From: Candidatus Eiseniibacteriota bacterium
GTDB taxonomy: Bacteria > Eisenbacteria > RBG-16-71-46 > CAZAMP01
Length of the DNA stretch: 64,000 nt
Assembly: GCA_965224245.1 (NCBI GenBank)
Contig: OZ245046.1
Span: forward strand, 5,248,001 to 5,312,000
Direction: 5' to 3'
Part shown: in pieces, positions 9,693 through 19,779 of the stretch
Layout of the letters: every line of letters begins with the position of its first letter
How positions within the stretch are numbered: the first letter of the stretch is position 1
The notes under the pieces: generated by a model
The model's database searches: none
Told to the model about the DNA's origin: nothing
What the model saw: the letters and a program-made list of their open reading frames with translations, nothing else
Made by a program: the position numbers and the translations under genes

Positions 9693-11621
9693 TCAGTACC
9701 CGAGCCGCTCCAGCGCGCCCCGCGTCCCATCCAGAAGCGGCTTGACCGAGATCTTCCGGCCCACCGCCTTTTTCATCCATTCGTCGGGATAGATCGACCC
9801 GATGCCGCAGATTCGCTCCATCTCGTCGGCCAGCGGCCGATCACGGAGATGCTTCCGGATCTGATACGCGATGACGTAGCCCATCGGATAGTCGGCCAGG
9901 TAGAAGTCACAGAACAGCACGTGGCTGTAGACCGACATGAACCCGTAACCCTCGGGCCCGAAGATCGGCGCGTAGAACTCCTCCCACACCTCGTCGCCGA
10001 TGCGGCGGATCGCCTTCTGAATCGCCGTCGCGGTGGCGGTGGGGTGCGCGTACAGCCAGTGGAAGAACCGGATCTCCGTGAGCGCGGGGCCCGCGATCTC
10101 GAACGGTTCCCAGAACCGAACCAGCTCGGTGGCGTCGTGGACGCCGTCGCCGTCGGGGTTGTCGCGGCCGAGTACGTCGTCGGCGCGATCCTCCAGCGTG
10201 AACGCGAATCCCTCCGTCACGGCCGTGTTCGGAACGCTCCAGAGCATCTTGTAGTCCATCTCGTAGCTGGAGAGGACGCCCTCGACACAGTGACCCAGCT
10301 CGTGCATGAACGTATCGAAGTCCCGCTCGTTGCAGCCGTCGGGATCCACGCGCACCCGGAGAAGCTGCACGTCCTCGTCCAGGCTCGGCGGCCAGGCATG
10401 GCCCGCGCTGCGCGAGTTGTCCACGCGAATGCGCGACCCGATCCACTCGGCACGCTCGCGGGTCCATCCGAGATGGGTGAGGACGTCGGGGATCGCGGAC
10501 TGGAGCGCGGCGACCGACGGATACCGCGCCTTGATGTCGTAGGCCAGAGGCGGCTTGCTCGCGCCGGCGGTGAAGCCCGTGTAATAGACGTCGAACGGCT
10601 CCAGCGGCCGGCCCAGCCGATCGCTCACGTACCGTGAAACGCGGCGCGCCAGCGGGGAGGAGAGCACGTCGGTGAGGATGCCCACGACCACGGACTCCTC
10701 GATCTCCCGATCCTCGAGGAACTTCTCGTCGATCAGGTTTCCGTGGATGCGGTACGCGTCGAGCTTCCGCTGGAGCTTCCACATGCGGCGGAACTTCTCC
10801 CACCGGAGAGGTCCGTGCCCCCTGGCTCGCCGGGTACCCGCGCCGTTCGCGATCGTGCCCTCGCCCACGCTCCAGCGGACCGACGGATCGTCGAGCACCT
10901 CGGCCGGAACGGCGCCGTCCACGACGCGTCGCATCAGGTCGGCGATCGCGCGCTGCTTGCGGAGCGCGTGGGGCGTCCCGTTCAGCGACGTCATGTAGTC
11001 GCGCAGCCCCCAGTGCGAGATCAGGCGTGTGCCCTTCGGGAAGCGCACCTTCGGATCTCCGAAGTCGATCCTGTCGAGGTGCAGGTTGTACGACGACACG
11101 AAGCGATCCACGTCGGCGGCAACCCGGGACATCTCCGCGGTCAGCTTGGCCGGAACCGTGACACGGCCGAGCTTCGCCAGGCGTCGCGCGGCCCACGCCT
11201 CGCGCGTGCGGGGTGGCCGCGTCTCGTCGCTACCGAAGTTCAGCTGGGCCAGGGCGGAGATCCGCGCGTTCCGGTAGTCCTCGGACAGGTGAGCGCCCGG
11301 CGCGAACGCACCGAGCACGCTCTCGGCCGGGAGGTCGGGACGATCGGCGATGTCGATGCCGGCGCGGACGGTCTTGACGGCCATGCCCGCGCTGCCGGTC
11401 ACGCTGTGGTGGAACTCGTCCAGCCGTCGGAGGAGAAGGCGGCGGGCCTTTCCCGGTGGTGCGTACTGCTCCCCGCAGAACGCGGCGAACGCGTCTTCAC
11501 CCCACTCGTCGAAGCTCCAGACCCGGGCGCACGCCACGACGCCGCGGCGGATGTCGGCCTCGTGTTTCTTTCCGTATCGTTTGATCAGCGCGTTGACGAC
11601 GGCGCGTCGCGTTCTGGACAT
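9693..11621 (-). CDS. Uncharacterised gluzincin-type (M3/M32-like) metallopeptidase
   Basis: HELGH followed by downstream TEGFAF third-ligand Glu; typical GC3 codon bias. Confidence 0.6.
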   Translation of the reverse strand: MSRTRRAVVNALIKRYGKKHEADIRRGVVACARVWSFDEWGEDAFAAFCGEQYAPPGKARRLLLRRLDEFHHSVTGSAGMAVKTVRAGIDIADRPDLPAESVLGAFAPGAHLSEDYRNARISALAQLNFGSDETRPPRTREAWAARRLAKLGRVTVPAKLTAEMSRVAADVDRFVSSYNLHLDRIDFGDPKVRFPKGTRLISHWGLRDYMTSLNGTPHALRKQRAIADLMRRVVDGAVPAEVLDDPSVRWSVGEGTIANGAGTRRARGHGPLRWEKFRRMWKLQRKLDAYRIHGNLIDEKFLEDREIEESVVVGILTDVLSSPLARRVSRYVSDRLGRPLEPFDVYYTGFTAGASKPPLAYDIKARYPSVAALQSAIPDVLTHLGWTRERAEWIGSRIRVDNSRSAGHAWPPSLDEDVQLLRVRVDPDGCNERDFDTFMHELGHCVEGVLSSYEMDYKMLWSVPNTAVTEGFAFTLEDRADDVLGRDNPDGDGVHDATELVRFWEPFEIAGPALTEIRFFHWLYAHPTATATAIQKAIRRIGDEVWEEFYAPIFGPEGYGFMSVYSHVLFCDFYLADYPMGYVIAYQIRKHLRDRPLADEMERICGIGSIYPDEWMKKAVGRKISVKPLLDGTRGALERLGY

Positions 11622-11821
11622 GGCTGGCACTCCGACGGTTGAGCTCGAGGCCGAGCCCGCGGGCCGGCCGATCGGCGGTTCGAGAAGCGTGCCATTCTCG
11701 CTCGTCGGGAGCGGATTGCCAAGGGCCGGGGGGCGGCGTCCTCGGCCCGCACCGGCGGTCGATGGAAGCTCCGGTGGTCTCCGACGTGAGCGCCGGTCGG
11801 CCGCGACCGGGGATCCCGACG

Positions 11822-13723
11822 TCAGCGCACCGAGCCGACCGGCCGTCCGTCCTCGGCCTGGATCGCGATGACCGTCGGGCGGGCGGGTCCCTCGGGATCC
11901 GGCCAGTGCAGCGTCGGCGCGTCGACCGTGCCACCGCCCGGATGCTGGATCGCGACGAAGAGCGTCGTGTCGTCCGGGGTGAACTCGGGCCCGCAGACCT
12001 CGGCTCCGGGCACGGCGCTGAAGAACTGCCGCACCAACCCACGCTCGGGACCGTCCACGGGCACCGCGAAGAGCCCGTCGTTCACGTCGAGAACCCAGGG
12101 CTGTCCGTCGGTCGCGATCCAGAGGTTGCCCGATCGGTCGAACGTGAGGTTGTCGGGCGATGAGATCGGACTCACGGCCTCCCTGGGATGGCCCGCGAAG
12201 TAGGTGTCCTCGCGTGCGGGGTCGCCGCAGAGCATGAAGATCTCCCAGCGAAACGTGTTCGCGGCGTGATCCCCGTCCGGGTGCACGAGCTCCAGGATGT
12301 GTCCCGAGCGGTTGTTCGCACGCGGGTTGCACGCGTCGACGCGCGGGTGGTCGTCGACGCCCCGCCGTTCGTTGCTCGTGAGCACGACGTAGGTGGCGCC
12401 CGTCGTCGGGCTCGTCTCGATGTCCTCGGGGCGGTCCATCCTCGTGGCGCCGAGGAGGTCGGCCGCACGCCGCGCCTGGATGAGGACGTCGCCCTGGGAG
12501 TCGAAGCCGTTGGACTCGGTCAAGGGTCCCTCTCCGAAGACGAGCGGAACCCACTCCCCGCTGCCGTCCTCGTGGAAGCGCGCGACCGAGAGCGTGCCGT
12601 GGTCCAGGAGATCGGCGTTCGCCCGGTCGTCGCCGGGCACGTAGGAGGCCTCGCTGACGAACCGGTAAACGTACTCGAACTTCGCGTCGTCCCCCGTATG
12701 GACGACCGCACGGCCCGACGGCGCGATCACGACGGTGGCCGCCTCGTGGGAGAAGCGCCCGAGCGCCGTCCGCTTCTTCGGCATCGACGTGGGATCGTAG
12801 GGATCCACCTCGACGATCCACCCGAACCGGAAGGGCTCGTTGGGCTCCTTCACGACGTCGAAGCGCGGGTCCCGGATCTCCCACCGATGGTCGCTCCGCC
12901 GCGATCGGATCCCGTACCGGGCGTGGAGCTCGCGCGTCTCGGCGTCCTCGAGGGCCGCGCGGTTGCCGAAGAACTCCTGGACGTTCTCCTCGGCCGTCAG
13001 CACGGTACCCCACGGCGTCTTGCCGCCGGCACAGTTGTACAGTGTGCCCGCGACACGCCTGCCGGTCGGATCGGTGCTCGTGCGGAGGCGCCGGTGGCCC
13101 GACGCCGGTCCGGCGATCGCGATCGGGGTCTCGGCCGTCAGCCGGCGGTTGAGCCGAGAACCCGTCTGCACGCGCCAGCGCCGATCCGAGCCGCGTCGGA
13201 CCTCGACGACGGATGCCCCGTGAGCGGCCTTGAGGATCGCGACGTGGCCGGCGCTCGGATGATCGGAGTTGTACCGGTACAGCATGCGCTCGGGATTCGT
13301 GAACTCGTGGTTCACGAACAGAAGCCCGTGATCGGACGCGCGAGATCCCCGTGGAAGCGGCACGAACGCGACGTAGTCGCAGTTGTACCCGAACTGACGC
13401 TGCTGGAGCTCGGCGCTCTGGTGTGCGAGCTCGAGCGGGGGCGTGTCCGCGTGAAGCGGATCGCCCCAGCGTAGCAGGGGTGTGATCCGATACCCGTCGG
13501 GCACGCGGGGCATCGGACCGCCGTCCGGGGCGATCGACCGAAAGCCGACTCGCCCGCGTCCCCGAGCGCGGCGATCGGGCGGGCCGGCCCAGCCGATGCC
13601 GCTCAGCACGAGCGTGGACCCGGCGACGAGGCTCCGGAGAGCATCGCGCCGCGTGAGTCTGGCCGAGACGATGTCCCGGAAGACGCGCCCCGACGCTCGC
13701 GTGGAAGACGACTCGTGCGTCAT
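11822..13723 (-). CDS. phoX: PhoX-family alkaline phosphatase (Tat-exported)
   Basis: TRRDAL twin-arginine leader, GYNCDY, VNHE, NCAGGKTPWGT.LTAEEN, GRFSHE, MDRPED, SPDN, AIQHPG. Confidence 0.92.
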   Translation of the reverse strand: MTHESSSTRASGRVFRDIVSARLTRRDALRSLVAGSTLVLSGIGWAGPPDRRARGRGRVGFRSIAPDGGPMPRVPDGYRITPLLRWGDPLHADTPPLELAHQSAELQQRQFGYNCDYVAFVPLPRGSRASDHGLLFVNHEFTNPERMLYRYNSDHPSAGHVAILKAAHGASVVEVRRGSDRRWRVQTGSRLNRRLTAETPIAIAGPASGHRRLRTSTDPTGRRVAGTLYNCAGGKTPWGTVLTAEENVQEFFGNRAALEDAETRELHARYGIRSRRSDHRWEIRDPRFDVVKEPNEPFRFGWIVEVDPYDPTSMPKKRTALGRFSHEAATVVIAPSGRAVVHTGDDAKFEYVYRFVSEASYVPGDDRANADLLDHGTLSVARFHEDGSGEWVPLVFGEGPLTESNGFDSQGDVLIQARRAADLLGATRMDRPEDIETSPTTGATYVVLTSNERRGVDDHPRVDACNPRANNRSGHILELVHPDGDHAANTFRWEIFMLCGDPAREDTYFAGHPREAVSPISSPDNLTFDRSGNLWIATDGQPWVLDVNDGLFAVPVDGPERGLVRQFFSAVPGAEVCGPEFTPDDTTLFVAIQHPGGGTVDAPTLHWPDPEGPARPTVIAIQAEDGRPVGSVR

Positions 13724-13888
13724 GTACAGATGATCCTCGGGAGTGCGGGACGGCGCGGGACCCGCGCGGACGCGCGATCGTGGAACCCACGGTATCAGTC
13801 CGTTCGACGAGGTTGATACCCTGTTTTCCCGTGAACTCGATGAGAGCCGTCCGGTCTGCCGTCCCGGGCGGACCCTTCCGGAGGAGCG

Positions 13889-14465
13889 ATGCTCACGGTC
13901 CGCGACGCCACCGTTGCCGACGCCCGCCGGATCGCCGAGATCCACGTGTCCGCGTGGCGCGCGGCGTATTCGCGGGCTCCTGCCCGGGGCGCTCCTGGAT
14001 GGGCTCACCGTGTCGGCTCGCGAGTCCTTCTGGAGCGAGGTTCTCAGCAAGCGGTCGAGAAACGTCCTCGTCACCGAGCTCGATGCCGGCGGCGCAAGCG
14101 CCGGCGGCGCGCGCGCCGACGGCGCGGACGCGGGCTCGGTCCCGGGGGTGCCGGCGTTGACGGGCTGGATCACGTTCGGGCGAAGCCGGGACGACGACGC
14201 CTCGCCCGGAACCGCCGAGCTGTACGGGCTCTACGTCGACCCGGATCGATGGCGCAGCGGGACCGGAATCGCGCTCTGGCGCGCCATGCTGGACCGAGTC
14301 GGCCGAGAGGGGTGGGACGTCGTCACGCTCTGGGTCTTCCGCGAGAACGTCCGCGCACGTGCGTTCTACGAGGCGGTCGGGTTCCGGGTGGAGCCGGACG
14401 TCACGAAGTCCGTGGAGCGCGGGGGCGCGCGTCCGATGGAGATCCGTTACCGTCGCTTACTCTGA
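13889..14465 (+). pseudogene. GNAT acetyltransferase interrupted by a +1 frameshift (pseudogene or sequencing error)
   Basis: MLTVRDATVADARRIAEIHVSAWRAAY in one frame continues as RGLLPGALLD...LYVDPDRWRSGTG...LWVFRENVRARAFYE in another; removing one T at 13969/13970 restores one ORF. Confidence 0.8.
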
Positions 14466-14535
14466 TCGATCGGCGTTCGCATCGCACCGGCGCACGCGGC
14501 CGCACGTTGCCGCCACGTCGGCTGAGCCCCGACGT

Positions 14536-14565
14536 TTGACAGGATTCGACCACCGTCAGTACAGT
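14536..14565 (+). promoter_or_regulatory. Sigma70-like promoter for the secreted peptidase
   Basis: TTGACA-N18-TACAGT about 110 bp upstream of ATG 14677. Confidence 0.6.
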
Positions 14566-14676
14566 GATTCGGCATGTCGGACCCGCACCGCTACCCGTGG
14601 ATCGCCGCGGGCCGCGGCGGCGCGTCCGTCGAGCTCGACCCGACATCCCCCAGGAACCCATCTCGAGGAGCGTGCG

Positions 14677-16644
14677 ATGGCGTCAGCGCGAAACGTGTGG
14701 ATTCTGCTCGGCGCGGCGATGACTCTCTACGGGATCGCCGAGGCCAAAGTGTCACCCCAGCATCCGTCGGGCGTCGTGATCGTCGCGCCCGACGAGATCG
14801 AGGACTCCATCGTCCTCGGATCCGAGCGGATCAGTCTCGAGACCGGGGTGCCGCTCGCGCTCTACGACCCGCGCACACCGGTGCCTCACGGAGCGCCCGA
14901 GGAGATGGCGCGCACCTTCCTCGGGGATCGCGCCGAGCGGTTCGGTCTGGCGGATGCGGCCCTCGGAGATCTCGAACACCATCACACGCGTGAGAGCGAC
15001 GTCGGCTACACCGTGCGCTTTCGGCAGCGACACCGCGGACTGCCGGTCCACGACTCGGGGATCGCGGTGACGATCAACCGCGACGACACGGTGGTCTACG
15101 TCGTCAACGGCTACAAGCCGGCGCTCGACCTGGTCACGACGACGCCGGCGATCGCGGCGGACGTGGCCCGCTCGATCGCGCTCGAGCACCTCGGCGTGCG
15201 AGGCCCGATCGGGTTCGAGGCGGTCGATCTGGTGATCTACCACGTCGAGGGACGGTCGCACCTGGCCCATCGAGTCGTCGTCGTCCCCGGCGAGTCCCCC
15301 ATCGGGGAATGGCAGGTCATGATCGACGCGTTCACCGGGGAGATTCTGAAGGCGGTCGACGTGTCCCACTACGTCGACGGGACCGGAAACCTGTTCGACC
15401 CCGACCCGCTCTCGTCCGCCGGCGCGACCTACGGCGATCCCGGATACACCGATGCCGGCGACGCCGACTCTCCGGAGCTGGTCGCCGAGATCGTCTCGTA
15501 CACGCTGCCCGACATCACGTACAACGGCCTCGTGTACAGCCTCGTCGGCCCGTGGGCCGAGATCCGCGACACCGAGGCCCCGTTCGAGGGGCTGTACAAC
15601 CAGCCGACCTCCGACTGGAACTTCACGCGATCGCCGCAGGAGTTCGAGGCCGCGCTCTGCTACTGGCACATCGACAACTACATGCGATACATCAACCTGA
15701 CGCTCGGTGTCCCCGTGACGCCGTTCCAGTACACCGGGGGTGCACGCTTCGATCCGCACGCGCTGAACGGCGCGGACAACTCCCACTACACCGGTGCAAC
15801 CGGCGTCGTCGCGTTCGGCGACGGAGGCGTCGACGACTCCGAGGACGCGGACGTCGTGCTCCACGAGCTCGGCCACGCGATCCACGACTGGCTCACCGTC
15901 GGAGGCCTCTCGCAGGTGAACGGTCTGAGCGAGGGGTTCGGCGACTACGTCGCCGCCTCCTACAGCCGGAGCCTCGGCCAATGGGATCCGTCGGATCCGC
16001 AGCATCAGTGGGTCTTCAGCTGGGACGGGCACAACCAGTTCTGGGGCGGACGCCGCACCGACTACGGCGCGACGTACCCCGACGGTCTCGTCGGTCAGAT
16101 CCACACCGACGGGCAGATCTTCTCAACGTGCATGATGCGCATCTGGGACCGGATCGGTCGCGAGCAGACCGACAAGGCCACCTTCGAGGGGCTGGCGATG
16201 ACGGGCAGCTCGACCAGCCAGCAGGGGGCGGCCCAGGCGATCATGCAGGCGGCGATCAACCTCGACTACTCCGAGGTGGATCTGAACGCGATGTACGAGG
16301 AGTTCACCACGACCGGCTACGTGGTCGACCCGCCGGTGGCGGTCGCCGAGACCGGACTCGCGCTCGATGCGACGCGGATGCTGACGAGCCACCCGAACCC
16401 GTTCAACCCCAGGACGACGATCGAGTACGCCGTTCCGGCCGCCGGCGCGGTGACCCTCGCGATCTACGACCCGGCCGGTCGGCTCGTGCACGAGCTGGTG
16501 AGATCCACGCTCGAGGCCGGCCGCCACACCGTCACGTGGGACGGTCGAGCCGCGTCGGGGGCGGAGGTGGCGTCGGGTGTCTACACGCTTCGGCTGACGG
16601 CCGGCGGGCTCACCGAGTCGCGGAGGCTCGTGCTCCTCAAATGA
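14677..16644 (+). CDS. Secreted M36/M4-type zinc metallopeptidase with FTP/PepSY propeptide and C-terminal FlgD-Ig (T9SS-CTD-like) domain
   Basis: Signal peptide, VRFRQ propeptide, HELGH...SEGFGD, IHTDG; tail PNPFNPRTTIEY...TWDGR...ASGVY; GAGGAG RBS. Confidence 0.85.
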   Translation: MASARNVWILLGAAMTLYGIAEAKVSPQHPSGVVIVAPDEIEDSIVLGSERISLETGVPLALYDPRTPVPHGAPEEMARTFLGDRAERFGLADAALGDLEHHHTRESDVGYTVRFRQRHRGLPVHDSGIAVTINRDDTVVYVVNGYKPALDLVTTTPAIAADVARSIALEHLGVRGPIGFEAVDLVIYHVEGRSHLAHRVVVVPGESPIGEWQVMIDAFTGEILKAVDVSHYVDGTGNLFDPDPLSSAGATYGDPGYTDAGDADSPELVAEIVSYTLPDITYNGLVYSLVGPWAEIRDTEAPFEGLYNQPTSDWNFTRSPQEFEAALCYWHIDNYMRYINLTLGVPVTPFQYTGGARFDPHALNGADNSHYTGATGVVAFGDGGVDDSEDADVVLHELGHAIHDWLTVGGLSQVNGLSEGFGDYVAASYSRSLGQWDPSDPQHQWVFSWDGHNQFWGGRRTDYGATYPDGLVGQIHTDGQIFSTCMMRIWDRIGREQTDKATFEGLAMTGSSTSQQGAAQAIMQAAINLDYSEVDLNAMYEEFTTTGYVVDPPVAVAETGLALDATRMLTSHPNPFNPRTTIEYAVPAAGAVTLAIYDPAGRLVHELVRSTLEAGRHTVTWDGRAASGAEVASGVYTLRLTAGGLTESRRLVLLK

Positions 16645-16813
16645 CGGCGGCGCCCGGCGTCGAGGCACTCGGCGCCGGGCTCGCGTCCTCCGCATCCGGG
16701 ACATCTCGGCATCGGGGACAATTGCGTTCGGGCGGCCCCGGGGCGATGGAGAAGCGATGCCGGCCGGTCGAAGAATCCCCGAACGGAGCCACGACCCGAG
16801 CGCCGGAGCCGAG

Positions 16814-17929
16814 ATGTCCTCTCGTCGCGTTTCGTTGACCAGTCTGAGGCGGTTCGTCGAGGAGGTCTTCGTGGCACTCGGCGCGTCCCGGGTCGAGTCG
16901 GAGACCGTCGCCGACGTCCTCGTGGCGGCCGACCGGCTCGGCATCGATTCACACGGGGTGAGTCGCCTCGGGTACTACGTTGAGCGCATTCGCGCGGGGA
17001 TCACCCGGCCCGGCGCCCCGGCCACCGTGGTGCGGGAGTCCCCGACGACGGTCGTGGTGGACGGCGGTCATGGTCTCGGTCACGTGGTCGCGCGCGACGC
17101 GATGCGCCGCGCGATCGAGAAGGCGCGGCGGGTCGGCCTCGGCGCCGCGGCGGTGCGCAACTCGACGCACTACGGCATCGCCGGCTACTACGCCCTGCTC
17201 GCGTCGGACGCGGGCATGATCGGGATCGCGACGACCAACGCACGCCCGTGCCTCGCGCCGACGAATGGCACCGAGCCCCTCTATGGAACCAACCCGCTCG
17301 CGATCGCGGCTCCCAGCGACGAGCCGCACCCGTTCCTCTTCGACGCTGCGTTGTCGATCATCCAGCGCGGGCGTGTGGAGCTCCATCGCCGCGACGGCGC
17401 GCCCCTCCCCGAAGGCTGGGCCATCGACGCCGCCGGAGAGCCGGCCGTGGATCCGGCGACGTTGCTTCAGGCGTTCATGACAGGGGATGCGGCGCTGCTT
17501 CCGCTGGGGGGATCGGGGACCTCGCACGGCGGCCACAAGGGATACGGGCTGGCGATCGGCCTCGAGATCCTGAACGCGGCGCTATCCGGCGGCGCGTTCC
17601 TCGACGGCCTCGGCGGCAACGACCGCGAGCGTGTCGCGGGCGGAGCGACCGAGCGCCGCACGTACGACACCGGCCACTTCTTTCTCGCCCTGGACGCGAA
17701 TGCCTTCATGGGGATCGACGCGTGCCGCCATCGCGTCGGGACGATCACGCGCCGGCTGCGTGCGTCGCGCCGCCGCCGGGCCGATGGACCCGTCCTCGTC
17801 GCGGGGGATCCCGAGTGGGCGGCGGCCGCGCGGCGGGAGCGCGACGGCGTGCCGATCCCCGACCCACTGGCCGAGGAGCTCGAGCATCTCGCGGATGCGC
17901 TCGGGGTTTCGCATCTCGATTCCCTGTGA
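16814..17929 (+). CDS. Ldh_2-family (malate/L-lactate dehydrogenase type 2) oxidoreductase
   Basis: GIDSHG, VRNSTHYG, GTNPLA, GGHKGYGL motifs. Confidence 0.9.
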   Translation: MSSRRVSLTSLRRFVEEVFVALGASRVESETVADVLVAADRLGIDSHGVSRLGYYVERIRAGITRPGAPATVVRESPTTVVVDGGHGLGHVVARDAMRRAIEKARRVGLGAAAVRNSTHYGIAGYYALLASDAGMIGIATTNARPCLAPTNGTEPLYGTNPLAIAAPSDEPHPFLFDAALSIIQRGRVELHRRDGAPLPEGWAIDAAGEPAVDPATLLQAFMTGDAALLPLGGSGTSHGGHKGYGLAIGLEILNAALSGGAFLDGLGGNDRERVAGGATERRTYDTGHFFLALDANAFMGIDACRHRVGTITRRLRASRRRRADGPVLVAGDPEWAAAARRERDGVPIPDPLAEELEHLADALGVSHLDSL

Positions 17930-18118
17930 GCGGCGAGTGCTCGCTCGGATCCGAAAACGGCCCGGGCACCGCTCCCGTTCGCGAACTCCCCTGCGGCGCG
18001 GCACCCGGACCGGAGTCGTGTCGATAAACGGCGTATCGCGCTTGCGATCCCGATCCAACGGCCGCAGTCTACCCACGTTCCCCCTGCACGGGGGTTAGGA
18101 GAGGGTCAGGAGAGCCCG

Positions 18119-18892
18119 ATGAAAGATCGCCTCGAGATCGCCAAGAACTGGCTGCCGCGCTACACCGGAATGTCGCTGGACGACTTCGGCGACTACGTGC
18201 TGCTGACGAACTTCCATCACTACGTCGCGACGTTCGCCGACCGCTTCGGCGCCGACGTCCAGGGTGAGGGCAAGCCGATGCAGGCCGCGTCGAACGGCCA
18301 GGGGCTCACGATCGTGAACTTCGGGATCGGGTCGGCGAACGCGGCCACGATCATGGATCTCCTGATCGCCAGACAGCCCAAGGGCGTCCTGTTCCTGGGA
18401 AAGGCCGGCGGCCTCAGCAAGTCCACCGAGATCGGCCACTTCATCCTGCCCATCGCCGCCATCCGCGGAGAGGGCACGAGCAACGACTTCCTCCCTCCCG
18501 AGGTTCCCGCCCTCCCGTCGTTCAAGCTGCACAAGTTCGTGTCGGAGAAGATCGTGGAGGCCGGATTCGACTATCGCACCGGCGTGGTGTACACGACCAA
18601 CCGGCGTCTGTGGGAGCACGACGCGCGCTTCCGCCGCCACCTCGAGAAGCTGACGTGCGTGGCCATCGACATGGAGACCGCGACCATCTTCATCGTCGGG
18701 CACTACAACGAGATCTCGCGAGGCGCGCTCCTGTTGATCTCCGACGTGCCGATCACGCCCGACGGCGTCAAGACTGAGGAGTCCGACGCCGTCGTGACCC
18801 GTGACTGGGCCCGCCGGCATCTCGAGATCGGGATCGAGGCGATGACCGAGATCGGACACAAGGGCGAGCAGATCCGGCACTTCCGCTACTGA
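18119..18892 (+). CDS. amn: AMP nucleosidase (short Bacteroidetes/Chlamydia type)
   Basis: NWLPRYTG, NFGIGSANAATIMDL, AIRGEGTS, TTNRRLWE, IDMETAT. Confidence 0.9.
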   Translation: MKDRLEIAKNWLPRYTGMSLDDFGDYVLLTNFHHYVATFADRFGADVQGEGKPMQAASNGQGLTIVNFGIGSANAATIMDLLIARQPKGVLFLGKAGGLSKSTEIGHFILPIAAIRGEGTSNDFLPPEVPALPSFKLHKFVSEKIVEAGFDYRTGVVYTTNRRLWEHDARFRRHLEKLTCVAIDMETATIFIVGHYNEISRGALLLISDVPITPDGVKTEESDAVVTRDWARRHLEIGIEAMTEIGHKGEQIRHFRY

Positions 18893-18901
18893 GCTTCCGG
18901 T

Positions 18902-19663
18902 CTACGAACCGGCCTTCGCCGACCGCTGCCGGAAGATCTCGTAGATGCAGAGCGCGGCCGCCACCGACGCGTTCAGGGAGTTCAGATGTCCCCGCATGGG
19001 CAGCCGCACCCGGAAGTCGCACGTCTCGGACACGAGTCGGCCCAGCCCCTTGTCCTCGCCCCCCACAACGAGCGCGATCGGAACGTCGTAGGTGACCTCT
19101 GTGACCAACCGGTCACCGTCCGCGTCGGCCCCGACGATCCAGAAGCCCGCCTCCTTCAGCCGCTGCAGCGACTGAACGACGTTCGTCACGCGCGCCACCG
19201 GTACGTGCTCGATCGCCCCTGCGGACGCACGCGCGACCGCGGCGGTGAGGCCCACCGCGCGGTGCTTGCCGATGACCACGGCGTCGACACCCGCGGCGTC
19301 CGCCGTGCGCAGGATCGACCCGAGGTTGTGAGGATCCTGAAGCTCGTCCACGACGACCACGAGGCCCGGCTCGGAACGATCCGAGAGCGATGCGATCACG
19401 TCGTCGAGGTCGACGTACTCGTACGCGGCGCTGGATGCGGCGACACCCTGATGCCGCTGGCCACGAGCGAGCTGATCCAGTCGCGGCCGCGGGACGACCT
19501 GCACGAGCACGTGACGGCCCCTGGCGAGCCCGGTGATCTCGCCCAGGCCGCGCGTCCCGTCGGCGATCAGGACCCGGTCGATTCGCCGGCCCGTGCGGAG
19601 GGCCTCGGCGACCGGGTGGCGGCCGAGGATCCACTCGGTATCGTGATCTCGTCGAGGACTCAT
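18902..19663 (-). CDS. rlmB: 23S rRNA (Gm2251) 2'-O-methyltransferase
   Basis: GRHPVAEAL, HQGV, DPHNLGSILRTA, GGEDKG, SLNASVA SPOUT motifs. Confidence 0.93.
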   Translation of the reverse strand: MSPRRDHDTEWILGRHPVAEALRTGRRIDRVLIADGTRGLGEITGLARGRHVLVQVVPRPRLDQLARGQRHQGVAASSAAYEYVDLDDVIASLSDRSEPGLVVVVDELQDPHNLGSILRTADAAGVDAVVIGKHRAVGLTAAVARASAGAIEHVPVARVTNVVQSLQRLKEAGFWIVGADADGDRLVTEVTYDVPIALVVGGEDKGLGRLVSETCDFRVRLPMRGHLNSLNASVAAALCIYEIFRQRSAKAGS

Positions 19664-19779
19664 GCGAGGAGACTACCGCATCGGTGGCCGGCGACGGACG
19701 CGTTGATTTCGCGATTCGAGATCGGCCCGGTGGTACACTCGCTCGCGCTACTCGGACCGACCACACGGAGCAAGGCGAC

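Noticed and set aside
11622-13790. N-terminal half of the 1365-aa ORF
   Set aside because: Arg-rich alternative frame over phoX; the coding-like part begins at 11621
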